Assembly: GCF_001194135.2 (NCBI RefSeq)
Contig: NC_069004.1
Coordinates: 33,327,684 to 33,376,190 of the forward strand
Length of the DNA: 48,507 bases
DNA from: Octopus bimaculoides
Lineage: Eukaryota
Direction of reading: 5' to 3'
Part shown: in pieces, positions 33,886 to 46,972 of the stretch
How positions within the stretch are numbered: position 1 is the stretch's first letter
Layout of the letters: each line of letters starts with the position of its first letter
The notes under the pieces: generated by a model
What the model was told of the DNA's origin: nothing
Databases searched by the model: none
The model's input: only the letters and a program-made list of their open reading frames with translations
Position numbers and translations under genes: made by a program

Positions 33886-35457
33886 GTATGTTTGTTCCCC
33901 CATTCCCACCGCTTGACAACCGGTGTTCAGTGTTTGCATGCCAGTAACTTAGCAGTTCGGCAAAAAGGTTCTGATGAAATAATTATTAGACATAAAAAAA
34001 GAGGTAGTGGGGTCGATTCGCTCGACCAAAGCCTCATCAAGGTCGTGCCCCAGCATGGCCGAATTCTATGACTGAAACAAGTGAAACTGTTTAGGAGGAT
34101 GTGGCTTTGATGCCTCTCTAGACAAAAAATATATAAATAACCACCAGAATCTTCCGTTGCTATTAACCCTTGCTACTGCTGCTGCTGTTACTACAACTAC
34201 TACTACTGCTGTTACTACTACTACTACTACTTCTGCTGTTACTACTACTACTACTACTACTTGCCAAAATTGTGGAAGTGGGTGGGAGCGCTTCTAGAAA
34301 GTCGCTGAACTTGACAGAAGTGGCGACCAAATCCCTCCTCAGTCACAAATCACGCCTTCCTTTTTTTTCTTTTTTGGACGGGGACATTTTTGTACAACAT
34401 GATTCTGAGTTCGCTGCAAATAGGGACAGTCATGTGCGGAACGTCTTCGAGAATTTGCACCACCACCACCAACAGCAACAACAGCCACTACTACTACTAC
34501 TTCGTTGCACAGTTAAAGAACAAGCGAAGCAATTTGAAAAGAATATAAGACTATAATAACCTAATATTTATTTTCTTTCTTCATAACATAGACTTATTTA
34601 TTTGTTTACTGCTGTTGGTGATGTTGATAGTAGTAATGATGATGATGATGACGACACCACCACCCACTCTATCCTACCAGCTAATTACCTAAATCTATTA
34701 ATGACTTAGAACGAGGTACTTATGTTTAGGGGGAGGAGAAGAAGGCGGAGAAAGAGTTGATTAAATGAAAAATCGATCTGTCTCATGTATATAAATATAT
34801 ATATCTAATATCAACCAAGTAATAATTAAGTCATTGATTAGTTGATAAGAGGGAAAGTGTGACTCAATTAAATAAACCTCGTTACGTAATCTAACCTACT
34901 AATTTTGGTGGATAATCTTAGCCAATTCAAGATTTACAACTCACTGGATTAAATGTGAGAGATCCTACCTTATGTCTGTTTAGTACAATGAATGCTCCCT
35001 TCTCGGTCGTATTCATACATACATACATACATACATACGTATGTGTATGTCTAAAATTTTCTCCGTTTTATTGTCTTTGGTGGGAGAAAGCAAGCGAATG
35101 TGTACACATTCGCTTGCTTTCTGCCCCCAAATTTAATGCTCTTAGCTTAGATTTCGGGGGCCAGCTAGATTTGAACAGTCTCAAGTGTAACCGGCCGAAA
35201 CTGTAAGGATGATCTGGAAACTTGACTGATGAGAAAACGCTGCGAATGACCCGCTCTCGTTATTTCTTGTCCGTCTTTGTATCGTCTATCTGTCCGGATG
35301 TTTTACTGTCGTCTGTTGCGTTTTGATTCCATTTTTGGGGAAATATACATAAGTTAATCAGAGGATATATTAACCACTTAAAGGGACGATTACATCCGAG
35401 AAAACACTGGTTCTATATCTAATATTTTTGTCTATCTATCTAAAATTTTAAAATTTC

Positions 35458-35997
35458 TACATAAGTGGCAAACAGGATATCGGCCTGTAATTGTCTACCG
35501 TATTGCCTTTTTCGATGTTTTCCAGGCACAGCACTGTCCTACCCAATGTCAACTAGTCTGGTGTTACTTGGTCGGCATTTAACAAGGTGTTGAGATGCGC
35601 AGCTATTCGTGCATGACATTCGCCAAATCTTTTGATCCAGTAACCTTGAACTCCACCTGGTCCCGCTGGCCTTCCAGTTGCTTATTCTTTTACTACTTTC
35701 CTTCACTTCCCTAACTGAAATGACTAGTTCTTTCTGCTTTGGACAGACTACTGTTTGTTTCAGTTCTTGCAACCATTCAGCATCCTTCTTTAACTCCTTG
35801 TCTTTGCTCCAGATGTCACTCCAAAACCTTTGACTTTCAATGTTATCTGGTATCAACTTTTCATCTGTACTCTCTCCATTTATTTCTTTGTAGAATCTCT
35901 TCTGATCTACTCTGAATAACCTATTCTGTTGGTAACCCTAAATTCTTTGGTCGTATCTTACCATCTTTGCAACGAGGCGCTGTTTCAGTTCCTCCAT
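35458..35997 (-). mobile_element. R4/Dong-clade non-LTR retrotransposon fragment (pre-RT linker and RT start)
   Basis: Translates as QQNRLFRVDQKRFYKEING...ESQRFWSDIWS...DAEWLQELK...SNWKA.GPGGVQGYWIKRF...LTLGRTVL...[16 protein letters not shown], with stops and a frameshift. Confidence 0.88.
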
Positions 35998-36035
<38 letters not shown>

Positions 36036-37480
36036 TTTTATTATTATTATTATTGATGTGATTCGTATGTTTCTGGATGTAAACTCATGTCTTTCTGGCT
36101 TTTTTTGCTGTTCTCCGCATTAAACATGTTGAAGGTAAACAATCCTTCGAGAGTCTAAAATAACGGTGAAAGTCGTCTGTTTGAACGTCATTTGAAGATG
36201 CCAGGAATTTAGTGACTGGACCACGGCGCTAAAGGTTAAAATCCATGTTTATTAAATACGTCTTTCGACAGATATGACTCCGGATTAAGAATTAGCTGAT
36301 GGGGGACACAAATAACCAACAAAACAAAAACAAAAAAAATATGTTCAATGGGACATAACTCTATTTTACCATCAGGAGTGACTGCCCTTGGTGGTTTTTC
36401 ATTGTTTAAAGACGAATTTTTTATTTAATTACTCGAGAAAGTTAATACAAGAAAAAGAAGAAAACGTATTTAGTAATTCAGTTNNNNNNNNNNNNNNNNN
36501 NNNNNNNNNNNNNNNNNNNNNNNNNNNNNNNNNNNNNNNNNNNNNNNNNNNNNNNNNNNNNNNNNNNNNNNNNNNNNNNNNNNNNNNNNNNNNNNNNNNN
36601 NNNNNNNNNNNNNNNNNNNNNNNNNNNNNNNNNNNNNNNNNNNNNNNNNNNNNNNNNNNNNNNNNNNNNNNNACACACACACATGTGGCAGAAGTCAGCT
36701 CTTGACCGAGCGAGACTATTTCCTAAACTCAGTAAATCTGTACAACCATTCCAGGAGTCCAAGTAGTTCCTGTTTGTTTCAAGCGTTGCATTGCACTGAA
36801 CTCGCTCTTCGACACAACAGAGCTTGAGACGACTAGGGGCCAACTGGACTGTAGGTCTTCTTTTTATGTAAGCTTACTTTCTCCTAGAGTGGAGTTTTAA
36901 TGGGAACTGGGGGGGGGGGCTTCACTCACAGTGGTTCAGATGCTAATTAAACCATAGCCAGGACCCTAATAGGTGCTTCTACTATGAATCAGAGTTGACC
37001 TGGGAACAGTAGTGGCAAAGAAGGGTTTCCAGATTCTTCAAAACCCCGGAACTCCAGTACGAAGGCCCCACGACCTAGTGCAGCTTCAAGTCATACCAAG
37101 GACATACATGCATGCATACATGTGTATATTCATATTCACACACACATATACATATATACACTTATATATATATACACACACACCTATATATATAGTCATA
37201 CATGTACATATACATTCATACGCGCACACACATACATACATGTAACTCTGTTACCTTTTTACTTTTCATTTTTACATTTTAGATTGTTTTTTGCTTTACG
37301 TTTTCTGTTTTTTTTAACTTTCTGCATTTTCAGTTTTTTCATGATTCTTTTCTTATTCATTTTTTTTTTTTTAGTTCGTTATGATACCTGGTTTGCACCT
37401 GAAGAATATGTTTGAGAATTTCTCAACATAGGAAACTATTAACAGCACTTAAATACATGTATTGTGCCCTTTAAATAAAT

Positions 37481-37511
<31 letters not shown>

Positions 37512-37945
37512 ACCATATATATACATACACACACATATATATATATATATATATACACGTATATACACATTTACAGTATATATGTATATTTGTGTATATA
37601 TANNNNNNNNNNNNNNNNNNNNNNNNNNNNNNNNNNNNNNNNNNNNNNNNNNNNNNNNNNNNNNNNNNNNNNNNNNNNNNNNNNNNNNNNNNNNNNNNNN
37701 NNNNNNNNNNNNNNNNNNNNNNNNNNNNNNNNNNNNNNNNNNNNNNNNNNNNNNNNNNNNNNNNNNNNNNNNNNNNNNNNNNNNNNNNNNNNNNNNNNNN
37801 NNNNNNNNNNNNNNNNNNNNNNNNNNNNNNNNNNNNNNNNNNNNNNNNNNNNNNNNNNNNNNNNNNNNNNNNNNNNNNNNNNNNNNNNNNNNNNNNNNNN
37901 NNNNNNNNNNNNNNNNNNNNNNNNNNNNNNNNNNNNNNNNNCATT

Positions 37946-38257
37946 ATGCACCCCTTTTAAAGCCTAGCCAGGCCCATGGGCCCAGTTTCCCGGTTTCTAT
38001 GGCGTATGTGTTCCCCACCAGCTGGACGGGACGCCAATCCATCGCAGCGTTACTCAAGAAACAGGAAGAAAGGGTGAGAGAAAGTTGGGGCGAAAGAGTA
38101 CAACCAGGGTCGCCACCACCACCACCCCCTGCTGAAGCCATGTGGAGCTTTTAGGTGTTTTCGCTCAATAAACACACACAATGCCCGGTCTGGGAATCGA
38201 AACTGCGATCCTCCGACCGCGAGTCCGCTGCCCTAACCACTGGGCCATTGCGCCTCC
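37946..38257 (-). mobile_element. Well-preserved tRNA-derived SINE (octopus OR-like)
   Basis: Reverse complement begins ggaggcgcaaTGGCCCAGTGGttagggcagcggactcgcggtcggaggatcgcaGTTTCGATTCCcagacc (A and B boxes), followed by about 240 nt of non-tRNA body. Confidence 0.88.
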
Positions 38258-38264
38258 AGACTAG

Positions 38265-39133
38265 TTATGTTTAATAAAAAAAATAGGAAAAAAAAGGCAA
38301 TTTATTTACCTAAGTTTTAATCTCATCTCCTTTGAAATAGTCACCTTGCACAGAAATACACCTGCCCCAGCATCTCAGCCACTTCTGGAATCTAGTCTGG
38401 AAGTTGTTTTCTGTAAGCAAATTGAGGACTTTCTATGATTCACTCTTGATCTCAGCAGTGACCTTTGAGCTGTCTTTTCATCTTGGAGAAGCAATGAAAG
38501 TCTGCAGGTGCTAAATCTGGTGAATTGGGCAGGAACAGAAGCAATACCATGTCGTTTTTTGGTGAGAAACTTACAAGTAAGGAGAACTTGTTAAAGAATC
38601 CATTTCTTCACATTCCACAAATTTGGTCACCTTCGCTCAAATTCTTCAAAACATCACAGTAGAACCCTCAATTAATGGTCTGGCCCTGGGGGGAATGAAT
38701 TCTTGATGGGGAATGGATTCTTGATGCACAATATCACATTTACAGTGGTGACGTCTGTGGCAGATCTTCCAGATGGCTCACTTTCTTCCAAGGATTTTCT
38801 TCCACTTTTGAACCACCCATGCCACTCGAAAGACTGTGTACGACCCATTGCCTTGACCCTGTAAGCTTGCCAAAGAATGCTCAATGTCTCTGTAGCAGAC
38901 TTCCCAAGTTTAAAACCCAATTTCATGTTGGTTCTTTGTTCCTGTCCATAATAAAAATCTCAGACTACAGCATATGTGTGATCACAAAAACACAAATTTC
39001 ACAACTTGCGAAGTAAACACAGCAATGTCACTCAACACACTGCCTCATGAAGCTCTCACTGTGCACGCAACTATGTGCTGCCATCTGTTGGCACGCTACA
39101 CAACTAGCCAGGGAACATATTGATACCACTTCA
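38265..39133 (-). mobile_element. Internally deleted mariner (DD34D-type) relic
   Basis: HTH region FKLGKSATETLSIL...GRTQSFEW...FKSGRKSLEESEPSGRS and C-terminus PNSPDLAPADF...FQKW...CISVQGDYFKGD. A TIR-like ta|tgaagtggtatc marks the 5' end. Confidence 0.9.
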
Positions 39134-39339
39134 TATATGTACATATACATACACAGTATACATGTGTGTGTACAGTGAGCATGCACACACAAACACACAC
39201 ACACAAACACACACACACACACACATACATGTGATATTTGTAGAAACAGTGTAGAAAATTTGTTTGTGGCTATTTGTTGATATATACACCCATGAGTGAC
39301 ATGAATAAATTGCTTCCAGCTGTATTGCTCCACCACATG

Positions 39340-39515
39340 ATGATGATGACAGCGACGATGACAACAATAATGACGACAATGACAGCGACAGGGCTGGTGG
39401 TGCTGGAAGTGATGTCGGGAGTGGCTGTGATGATGATGACGATGATGATGATGATGGTGATGATGATGATGGTGGTGGTGAAGATGATGATGATGATGGT
39501 GATGGTAATGATGAA
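39340..39515. repeat. Imperfect (GAT/GGT/GAC)n triplet tract
   Basis: Read directly from the sequence. It is the source of the poly-His, poly-Ser and poly-Met pseudo-ORFs at 39028-39702. Confidence 0.9.
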
Positions 39516-40029
39516 CGTTGGTCAAACAGAATGTGTGGCCAAGGTAAAATTGAGAATCCTTTTGCCCCATTGGCATAAGTAAATGTCTGCTGATGTTGTT
39601 GCATGAGCCACTGTTGCGATTACTCTGATTGTTAGGGCTGGATACCACCACAGCCTCATACGATTCCTTCAGCCACACATTGGCTCCCCACTGGGCAGTC
39701 ATTGTACTCCCTGCATGAACAACCAGCCTCTGCTTGTGTTTTGTGGGTGTTAGTCAATATTCTTTACACGTCAGGTGTGCAACTAAAGGAGACCCTTAGG
39801 TTGTGCCAATTGAACAGATGTCCATACCTGTGTGTCTGCGTGAAGTGTTTGTCTTCTAACGTAAGGAATATTCATCCCACATGAGTTTTAACATTGAATG
39901 AGAAGGATGGGGCTAACCAAACAACATTCTGATGGTGTTTCTTTTTGCAGGTGTTAGGGCCCAGCATATAAGAGATGTGGTCCTTAAATCTACTGGACAT
40001 CAGGGCCTAGTTGTAATAGGGGACTGCAG

Positions 40030-40520
40030 CCTCTTGGTAATACCTCTTGGTAATACCTTTCTCTAGGTTCCTGAACATGATAGGCAGGTGGCAGGAGGCT
40101 GGGTTGATGTAGAACTGCTTCTTGTTTGGCTTGCAGTAGGGCCTGTATGAACCGGAGCCCAAGTCTAGCATGCTGTCTAGGAAGTTTACAATGGTGAGGT
40201 TAGTCTCAGTTGTTATTTTGAGTTCCATGGAGTGTAGGGTGCTAGTCAGGTCCTTTCCAAGTCTATCAAAGGTGTAACTGTTGGCTTCTCCGGAGATGGT
40301 CAGAGCGAGATCTCTGTGGAGACCAAAGAGGATTGAAGGGAACTTCTTCCCTAAGCTGTCCAGGTCACAAATGTTGACACTGTCATAAGGCACCCATTGC
40401 CACATCAAAGGAACCCTTGGGGTCAGGTTGTTTGACCCAGGTCAAACCTTTATTAAACAGCACCATTTATCTAACAGCACCCAATTCGACTTTGTCGACT
40501 TTTCCCCGTCTATATCAAAA
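40030..40520 (-). mobile_element. Penelope-like element RT fragment
   Basis: Translates as GSFDVAMG.YDSVNICDL...GLHRD...LKITTETNLTIVNFLDSMLDLGSGSYRPYCKPN...YINPASCHLP. This matches the PLE motifs FDVTMGSYDGAE, GLYRDD, VNFLDVTL and YRPYRKPN...SNHP. Confidence 0.85.
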
Positions 40521-41409
40521 TGGTTACTCTGCTAGGGAGCTTCACTGACATTGCTAGGGGGCATCGCTTACATCATGCATGCCAAGAAAATAATGCTTTG
40601 TATATGAAAGAAGTAAGCATTTCAAATTATTTCAATTTCAAAGTAAAATGCCATTTCATGACTCACAAACTAAAATTTGGTCAGAGATTAAAATGTTATT
40701 TTGTGTATGGAGGAATTGAACATTTCATAATATAACAATTCCAAAGCAAAATGCCATTTTGTGACTCACTGACAATAATTCGGTTAATGAGTGATTAAAA
40801 TATATATGTGTATATCAGATTAAATATACAACTGAAAGAGCTACTAACAGTTTCATGCCATCAGGATATTTGAACAGGAAAATTTATAAAATATGTCATG
40901 TACCTTAAAGTAATCTTTCAGACTCTGTGCGTTTATAAATATATATATAGATATATATGTGTGTATATGTGTGTATATGTATATCTGTGTATAGTGTGTG
41001 TGTATTATTTTACTTGTTTCAGTCATTTGACTGTGGCCATGTGGGAGCACTGGCTGAAAGGATCTTTTACTCAAAGAAGTCAACCCCAGGACTTATTCTT
41101 TGTAAGCCTAGTATTTGTTTTATTGGTCTGTTTTGCTGAGCTGCTAAGTTACAGGGATTTAGACACACCAACATCGGTTGTCAAGTGACGGTGGGGGTAC
41201 AAACATAGACACAAACACACACACATAACTATATATATATATATATAATGGGCATCTTTCAGTTTCCATCTACCAGATCCATTTACAAGGCTTTGTTCAA
41301 CCTGAAACTATAATAGCAGACACTTGGCCAAGGTGCCATGCAGTGGGACTGAACCTAGAACCATGTGGTTGGGAAGCAAACTTCTTACCACACAGCCACA
41401 CCTGCATAT

Positions 41410-41442
<33 letters not shown>

Positions 41443-42922
41443 GTCATTGTCATTTAATGCCCATTGTCCATGCTGGCATGGGTTGGACAGTTTGACCAGA
41501 GCTGACAAGCTATGAAGCTGCACCAGAGTCCAGTCTGACTTGATATGGTTTCTACGGCTGGATGCCCCTCCCAACCCCAATCGCTTTACAGACTGTGCTT
41601 GGTGCTTTCATGTGGCACCGCATGGGCGTTTTGGCATGGCACTGCACAGGTGCTTTCATGTGGCACCACCACGAGTGATTTTTCACCACCAGAGGGACTG
41701 GTTTTACAGTGGAAGGTAGCGTTCTTCAGGTTATTGAATGGTAAAGAAGAGCTGGTCGGTGTGTTGTGGGGGAGTCAGTGCAGAACGACCCTAATCATTG
41801 TTGAAGGGGCTGGGGGGGGGGCATCTGGTTGCATTGCATTGGAACATTTTGACATCCTTTGGGGTTTCGGGCAGAGAATTTTGTTTATCTACACCACCAC
41901 CACCACCATATCCACCACAACTACAATCATCTCAACATTTACCATCACCACCAGCAACAACAGCATCAGCATCATCACAACCAGCAATATTACCACCACC
42001 ACCACCCCTGTCCTTCAATTTATTCCCATGTCCCCACCCCCATGTAACTGATGCTCTTCATCCTTAACTCCCCACCCCCCAACAGTTGGAGATTTGTTAA
42101 TAAATTTCTTTATTAGCTTTTGTATTTGTGTGTTTTCCCTTTATTCTTTCAAGAATCAGCCCTAAATTTTCGTCTGGAATTGGTAAATCTTTCACAGACA
42201 TCTTGGGGTCCCTTCTCTCAGGAAACCAGCTTCGTGAAACGTCTCAAGACTTATCGCCATTACTTCTACTACTACTACTACGATGACGACAACTACTACC
42301 ACCACCACCATCTACTACTACAACTACTACTGTTATTATTACTACTAATGTTGTTGTTATTGTTGTTGTCATTATTTGTTGTTGTAGTAGCAGCAGCAGC
42401 ATTTTGTCGCAAATCCCGCAAAATGTTGAAATTAACCATAATTTAAAACAGCTGCAAAGTGAAACTATTTTTGGTTGCAAGTATTTACACAACACCCCAA
42501 ACTGTGACCTTAATGAGCAAAGTGAAAACATCAATGGAAAAATATTAGCTAATCAGGCAAATTATTAAATTAACGAGTGCTCAAATTTTCCCATAATGCT
42601 CCGTAATTACCCCGAGATGTCAGTTTGGTAGAAACTGTAGAATGTTGCACTAAATACTTTACGATGTTCCAGTTTCTTCAGTGACTGTTTGAGGTATGGC
42701 TGTGTGCTGAGTTGCTTGTTTCTCAACCACATGGTGCTGGGTTCAGTCCCACTGCATGGTACCTTGGGCAAGTGTTTTCTACTATAGCCTCAAGCCGACC
42801 AAATCCTTGTAATTGGATTTGGTAGACGGAAATTGAAAGAAGACCATCATATATATGTGTGTGTGTGTATACATATATATGTGTGTGTGTGTGTGTGTGT
42901 GTACATACATATGTACATAAAA

Positions 42923-43430
42923 TGCCATCCGCAAAAAAGACTGTCCTGAAATAAACTTAGAAAATCGCTCTGTTATGGAATACATTCATAAACACCAACT
43001 GAAGAAGGAATACTGGCGGAATATTTCTATCAAAACTTCTGTCAAATGTAAACATAACAGGTCGGATATTGTTGTTTGGGACAGAGGGGCAAAGGTATGT
43101 ACCATCATAGAGGTCAGCTGCCCTGCAGATATTAAATATCTCTTTGAAAATCAAAGAAAATGAGGATATCTATGGACAACTGCTTCGAAACCTCCAGCTT
43201 CTATATCCAGACTATGAATTCATATTCATACCAATAATAATTGGAGCACTAGGTTTGGTTAGTAAATGCTTAAAGGAGAATCTGGATAAACTGGGATTTT
43301 CAGAAGGAGAAATCGAATGGCTAATTCGTACATTACAAGTGCAATCTGTGAGTGGAACAGTAAAAATATGCAACACTTTTCTCAAGTTCCAAATGTGAAT
43401 TTGTCTGTGTTAACTACATTTCATAATAAT
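42923..43430 (+). mobile_element. 3' end of an RLE-type (R4/Dong-like) non-LTR element, restriction-like endonuclease domain
   Basis: Translates as KCKHNRSDIVVWDRGAKVCTIIEVSCPAD / KENEDIYGQLLRNLQLLYPDYEFIFIPIIIGALG...KICNTFLKFQM*. This is a degenerate HNRPD...IE(x)K motif with one frameshift (ORFs 42975 and 43144). Confidence 0.88.
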
Positions 43431-43446
43431 TAAAAAATAGAAGAGG

Positions 43447-43480
<34 letters not shown>

Positions 43481-43694
43481 TATATATAGATGCAGCATGG
43501 AATTTTGTCATAGAACAGCTCGTGGTCTCAAAGCGACGAAAATATTTTGACAAATTAAATTTAAATGTTGAAGTGAATCTAACGGTTTTTGTGTGTTTCT
43601 TAAATGGCTTATAAACACCTTCCGCGCTGCAATTGTTTTCGTTCCAGCACATGATCTGAGATCAGGTCACTTGCTATGCAAGTACATCTCCATA

Positions 43695-43768
<74 letters not shown>

Positions 43769-44939
43769 ACATAAGATCATTATGCATATATGTATGTATG
43801 TGTGTATGTATGTCATTATTCAGTTTTGTTTCAAGATTTCTTGCCAATAGAGAAAGAGCCAGTTTCTAATAGCTAGATAGACGGACAGACAGACAGATAG
43901 GTAGGCAGGCAGGCAGGTAGGTAGATAGGTAGGTTGGTTGGTAGGTAGGTAGCCAGGTAGGTAAGTGGGTAGATAGATAGGTAGGTAAGTAGGTGGGTAG
44001 GTAGACAGACAGACAGATAGAGAGACGACAGATAGATAGATAAATAGGTAGATAGGTAGACAGACAGATAGATAGATAGATAGATAGATAGGTAGGTGGA
44101 CAGACAGACAGACAGACAGATAGATAGATAGGTACATGGATAGACAGACTGACCGACAGACAAACAAGCAGGTAGAGAGTGTCAATTAAACATTTGATTC
44201 TTATCTTGATTTGGTTTCCTAGTTTCACTTTGTTGGAATGTTCAACACAGATGTTCTCAAGGATATTTACTCACACACAAACACACACACACATACACAT
44301 ACACATATTTATGTACGCTACAATATAACATCATAGCTGCAGCTTATCTCAGAAATCAATGAGGTGTTTATGAAAGCAAACTTATTAAACACATGTAAGA
44401 GAAGTTTTGATGTTTCAGACCAAAAGTTTATTTGCATCACAGAACTCCGGTAGCCATGCTGGGGCACCACCTTGAAGAAATTTTAGCTGGGTGAATTGAC
44501 CCCAGTACTTGTTTTTTTTAAAATCTGGTATTCATTCTGTTGGTCCTGCTTGCTGAAACACTAAGTTATGGGGATGTAAATACACGAATACTGGTTGTCA
44601 AGTGGAGGCAGAGTTATGGGGATGTAAACACACCAACACTGGTTGTCAAGTGGTGGCACAAACACATTCACGCACGCACATACACACAAGGACACGGACA
44701 CACACACACATATACAACAAGCTTCTTTCAGTCTCTGTCAACCAAATCCACTCACAAGTTTGGTTGGCCCAAGGCTGTAGTGGAAGACACTTGCCCAAGG
44801 TGCCACGCAGTGAGACTGAACCCAGAACCATGTGGGTGGAAAGCAAACTTCTTAGCTCACAAATGCTTCTGAAAATGCCAAGTCTGGTTGCATCATTGAG
44901 GAACATTACTGGTTCCGGACAAACTCTACAAACACAGAA

Positions 44940-45330
44940 GCATCACCAGTCAGTTTTGTTTGAGGTTCATGGAAGTATTCAGCCATTCAGTGTCTGAGTA
45001 TTGTTAAGTTGCAGAGTTACATTTACCAAGTATTGTCATGCACAAACAAGACCAGTCTGATTCTCAGCCAAGTTTACCAGGAGGGAGGATCGTTTTCCTT
45101 TGGTCAGAAAAAGTAGGCAGTTTCTTCTGTCTTTTACCAATGGTGAAACTGAAACTGAAAGTGAAAGTATGATGGAGCAGATTGGAAATACTAAAGAGTG
45201 ACATTTTTCTCTTCAGCTAAGCTTTCATCAACTTCTTCAGGTTCCACTCAAGGAAGCTGAAGGTGGAAATGAAGTGTAATCTTTCAGTAGATTTCATGAA
45301 AGTTTGGTGAGTCCTTTCTCCCCAGAACCA
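44940..45330 (+). mobile_element. Probable Tx1/L1-clade LINE ORF2 C-terminal relic
   Basis: Degenerate translation ...PSLPGGRIVFLWSEKV...FINFFRFHSRKLKVEMK...FMKVW resembles Tx1-type C-termini as I recall them. It contains many stops. Confidence 0.4.
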
Positions 45331-46135
45331 GAGTGTCCTCCCACTGAAATTTCCTCCCTGCTCAAGTTCATCTTGTGGCTGGACCTCCTCCTCCAAGCAA
45401 TACACCTATTGGTCTAACACAGCCAGGAGGGGGCACTTACCCTTGGTAGTCAGAGTATTCCTGGATCAGTGAGGTTCCTTGATTGGACATTCTTAAATAA
45501 CAAAATGAGACCTTTCAGTGGAAATACCCCTTAAATATCTTGAATGGATAGTTACTGAATTCCTTCACTTGAGGTATTTAATCAGCTGCTGGATAGGATC
45601 ATCCCCAACCAGCTTTACCCCTACTTCATCTGTCCCCATTTTCTTGAAAAAAAAAAGAAGAAAAGATAGAAAAGAAAAACAAAATATAAAAGCAACAACA
45701 AGAACACCAAAAGTTACAAATTATTTCAAATAAGGCAGTAGGAAATTAAACCATTCTGTTGTTTAACATCTTTGAGACGTATGTTTAGTAAGAAAACCTG
45801 AGAGGATAAACATTTGGAGGGTGAAGTTAGTTAAGGAGACAGTTACATCTACACACACACATATGCACAAACACACACACGCATGCATACACTACATCAG
45901 CATAAACACGTTATTACGTACATCTGTACATTTTTATTAAAGTATATATATGAATAATATAGACGTGTACACATAGGTATACACCCACTTATTCATCATT
46001 TTGTGTGTGTGTATATATACATATATATACACACACACACATATGTATATACAACAAGTATATACATATATAAATGTTTATGTATATATGTATATGAATA
46101 TATGTATGTTTGTGTATATATATATATATATATGT

Positions 46136-46236
<101 letters not shown>

Positions 46237-46972
46237 AACATACATATGTGAATACTATAGATATATTCAAGTAGATCCACACCTACTCATTCCTTATTTT
46301 GTATATATACATACATATGCATGTATATATATGTGTGCATGTTTAGTCACACACATATATGCACACGATACCTACACACACACACACAGCATAAATATAA
46401 ACACGTCCATGCAAACCTATAACTGTACATCTGTACATACATACATCTGTGAATACTACAGACTCATACACACTTCTTCGTGCATCACTGTATAGATGTA
46501 TATGTATACATACACGCATATACACACATGTATTTATGTATAAATACAGCATCAACAGTGTTGTCAATCAGATTGAAGTCTCAACGTCTTCACGTGAAGA
46601 AGCGAAACAGAGAAACAAAGAGAGTGAGAAATTAGCAGACGATTTACTTCCAGCACCATTAGAAGAAATCCAAAAAAGCAGAAAAAAAAATAACGTTCCT
46701 TATTCCCACCAAAACTACTTCGTTTTCATCTTCTTCTTGTTCTTATTGACTTTTGGTAAGTACATCCTTTTTTTTTTATTGAATTTTTTTCAAATTATAT
46801 CTTTATACATTTGCGGTTGTATCCTGAGAAGTTTGTTTCTTAACCACATAGTTCTAGGTTCGATTCCACTGCATATTACCCTTGGGCAAGTGTGCTGTAA
46901 TATAGCCCTGGACCAACAAAAGCCATATGGGTGGATTTGATTGATGGAAATACATACATACATACATATATA

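Larger units (their letters stand above)
7529..37941. other. Eleven assembly gaps (N runs)
   Basis: 7529-7538, 8169-8453, 9598-9626, 15084-15381, 20097-20185, 22965-23387, 29633-29680, 30689-31566, 32324-32716, 36484-36672 and 37603-37941. Small exons could be hidden in them. Confidence 0.97.

Noticed and set aside
34170-34556. 128-aa ORF with poly-Leu 'signal peptide' and poly-His/Gln
   Set aside because: It starts at TTG inside a (CTA)n tract, the homopolymers come from triplet repeats, and there are no splice signals or homology.
36690-36890. Possible Tx1/L1 C-terminal relic (similar impression at ~41670-41880)
   Set aside because: Too degenerate to show a diagnostic motif by eye; it needs BLASTX or a repeat library.
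38190-38257. tRNA gene (A and B boxes present; similar at 32732 and 18857)
   Set aside because: The tRNA-like head runs straight into a SINE body, with no closing acceptor stem or poly-T terminator.
42061-42085. Plus-strand TCCTTAAC followed by AG 18 nt later (ideal U12 acceptor geometry)
   Set aside because: I found no plus-strand RTATCCTT donor upstream, the downstream sequence is not exon-like, it is on the wrong strand for UBE2H, and one or two such octamers are expected by chance in 97 kb of both strands.
45441-45491. Possible 51-nt minus-strand exon (MSNQGTSLIQEYSDYQG) with a GG|GTAAGT donor
   Set aside because: It sits next to a probable LINE relic, the acceptor is modest and there is no homology; insufficient support.
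45798-45837. Minus-strand TCCTTAAC about 32 nt before a CAG
   Set aside because: It lies upstream of the UBE2H donor so cannot be its partner, the spacing is long, and the following sequence is unrecognisable.
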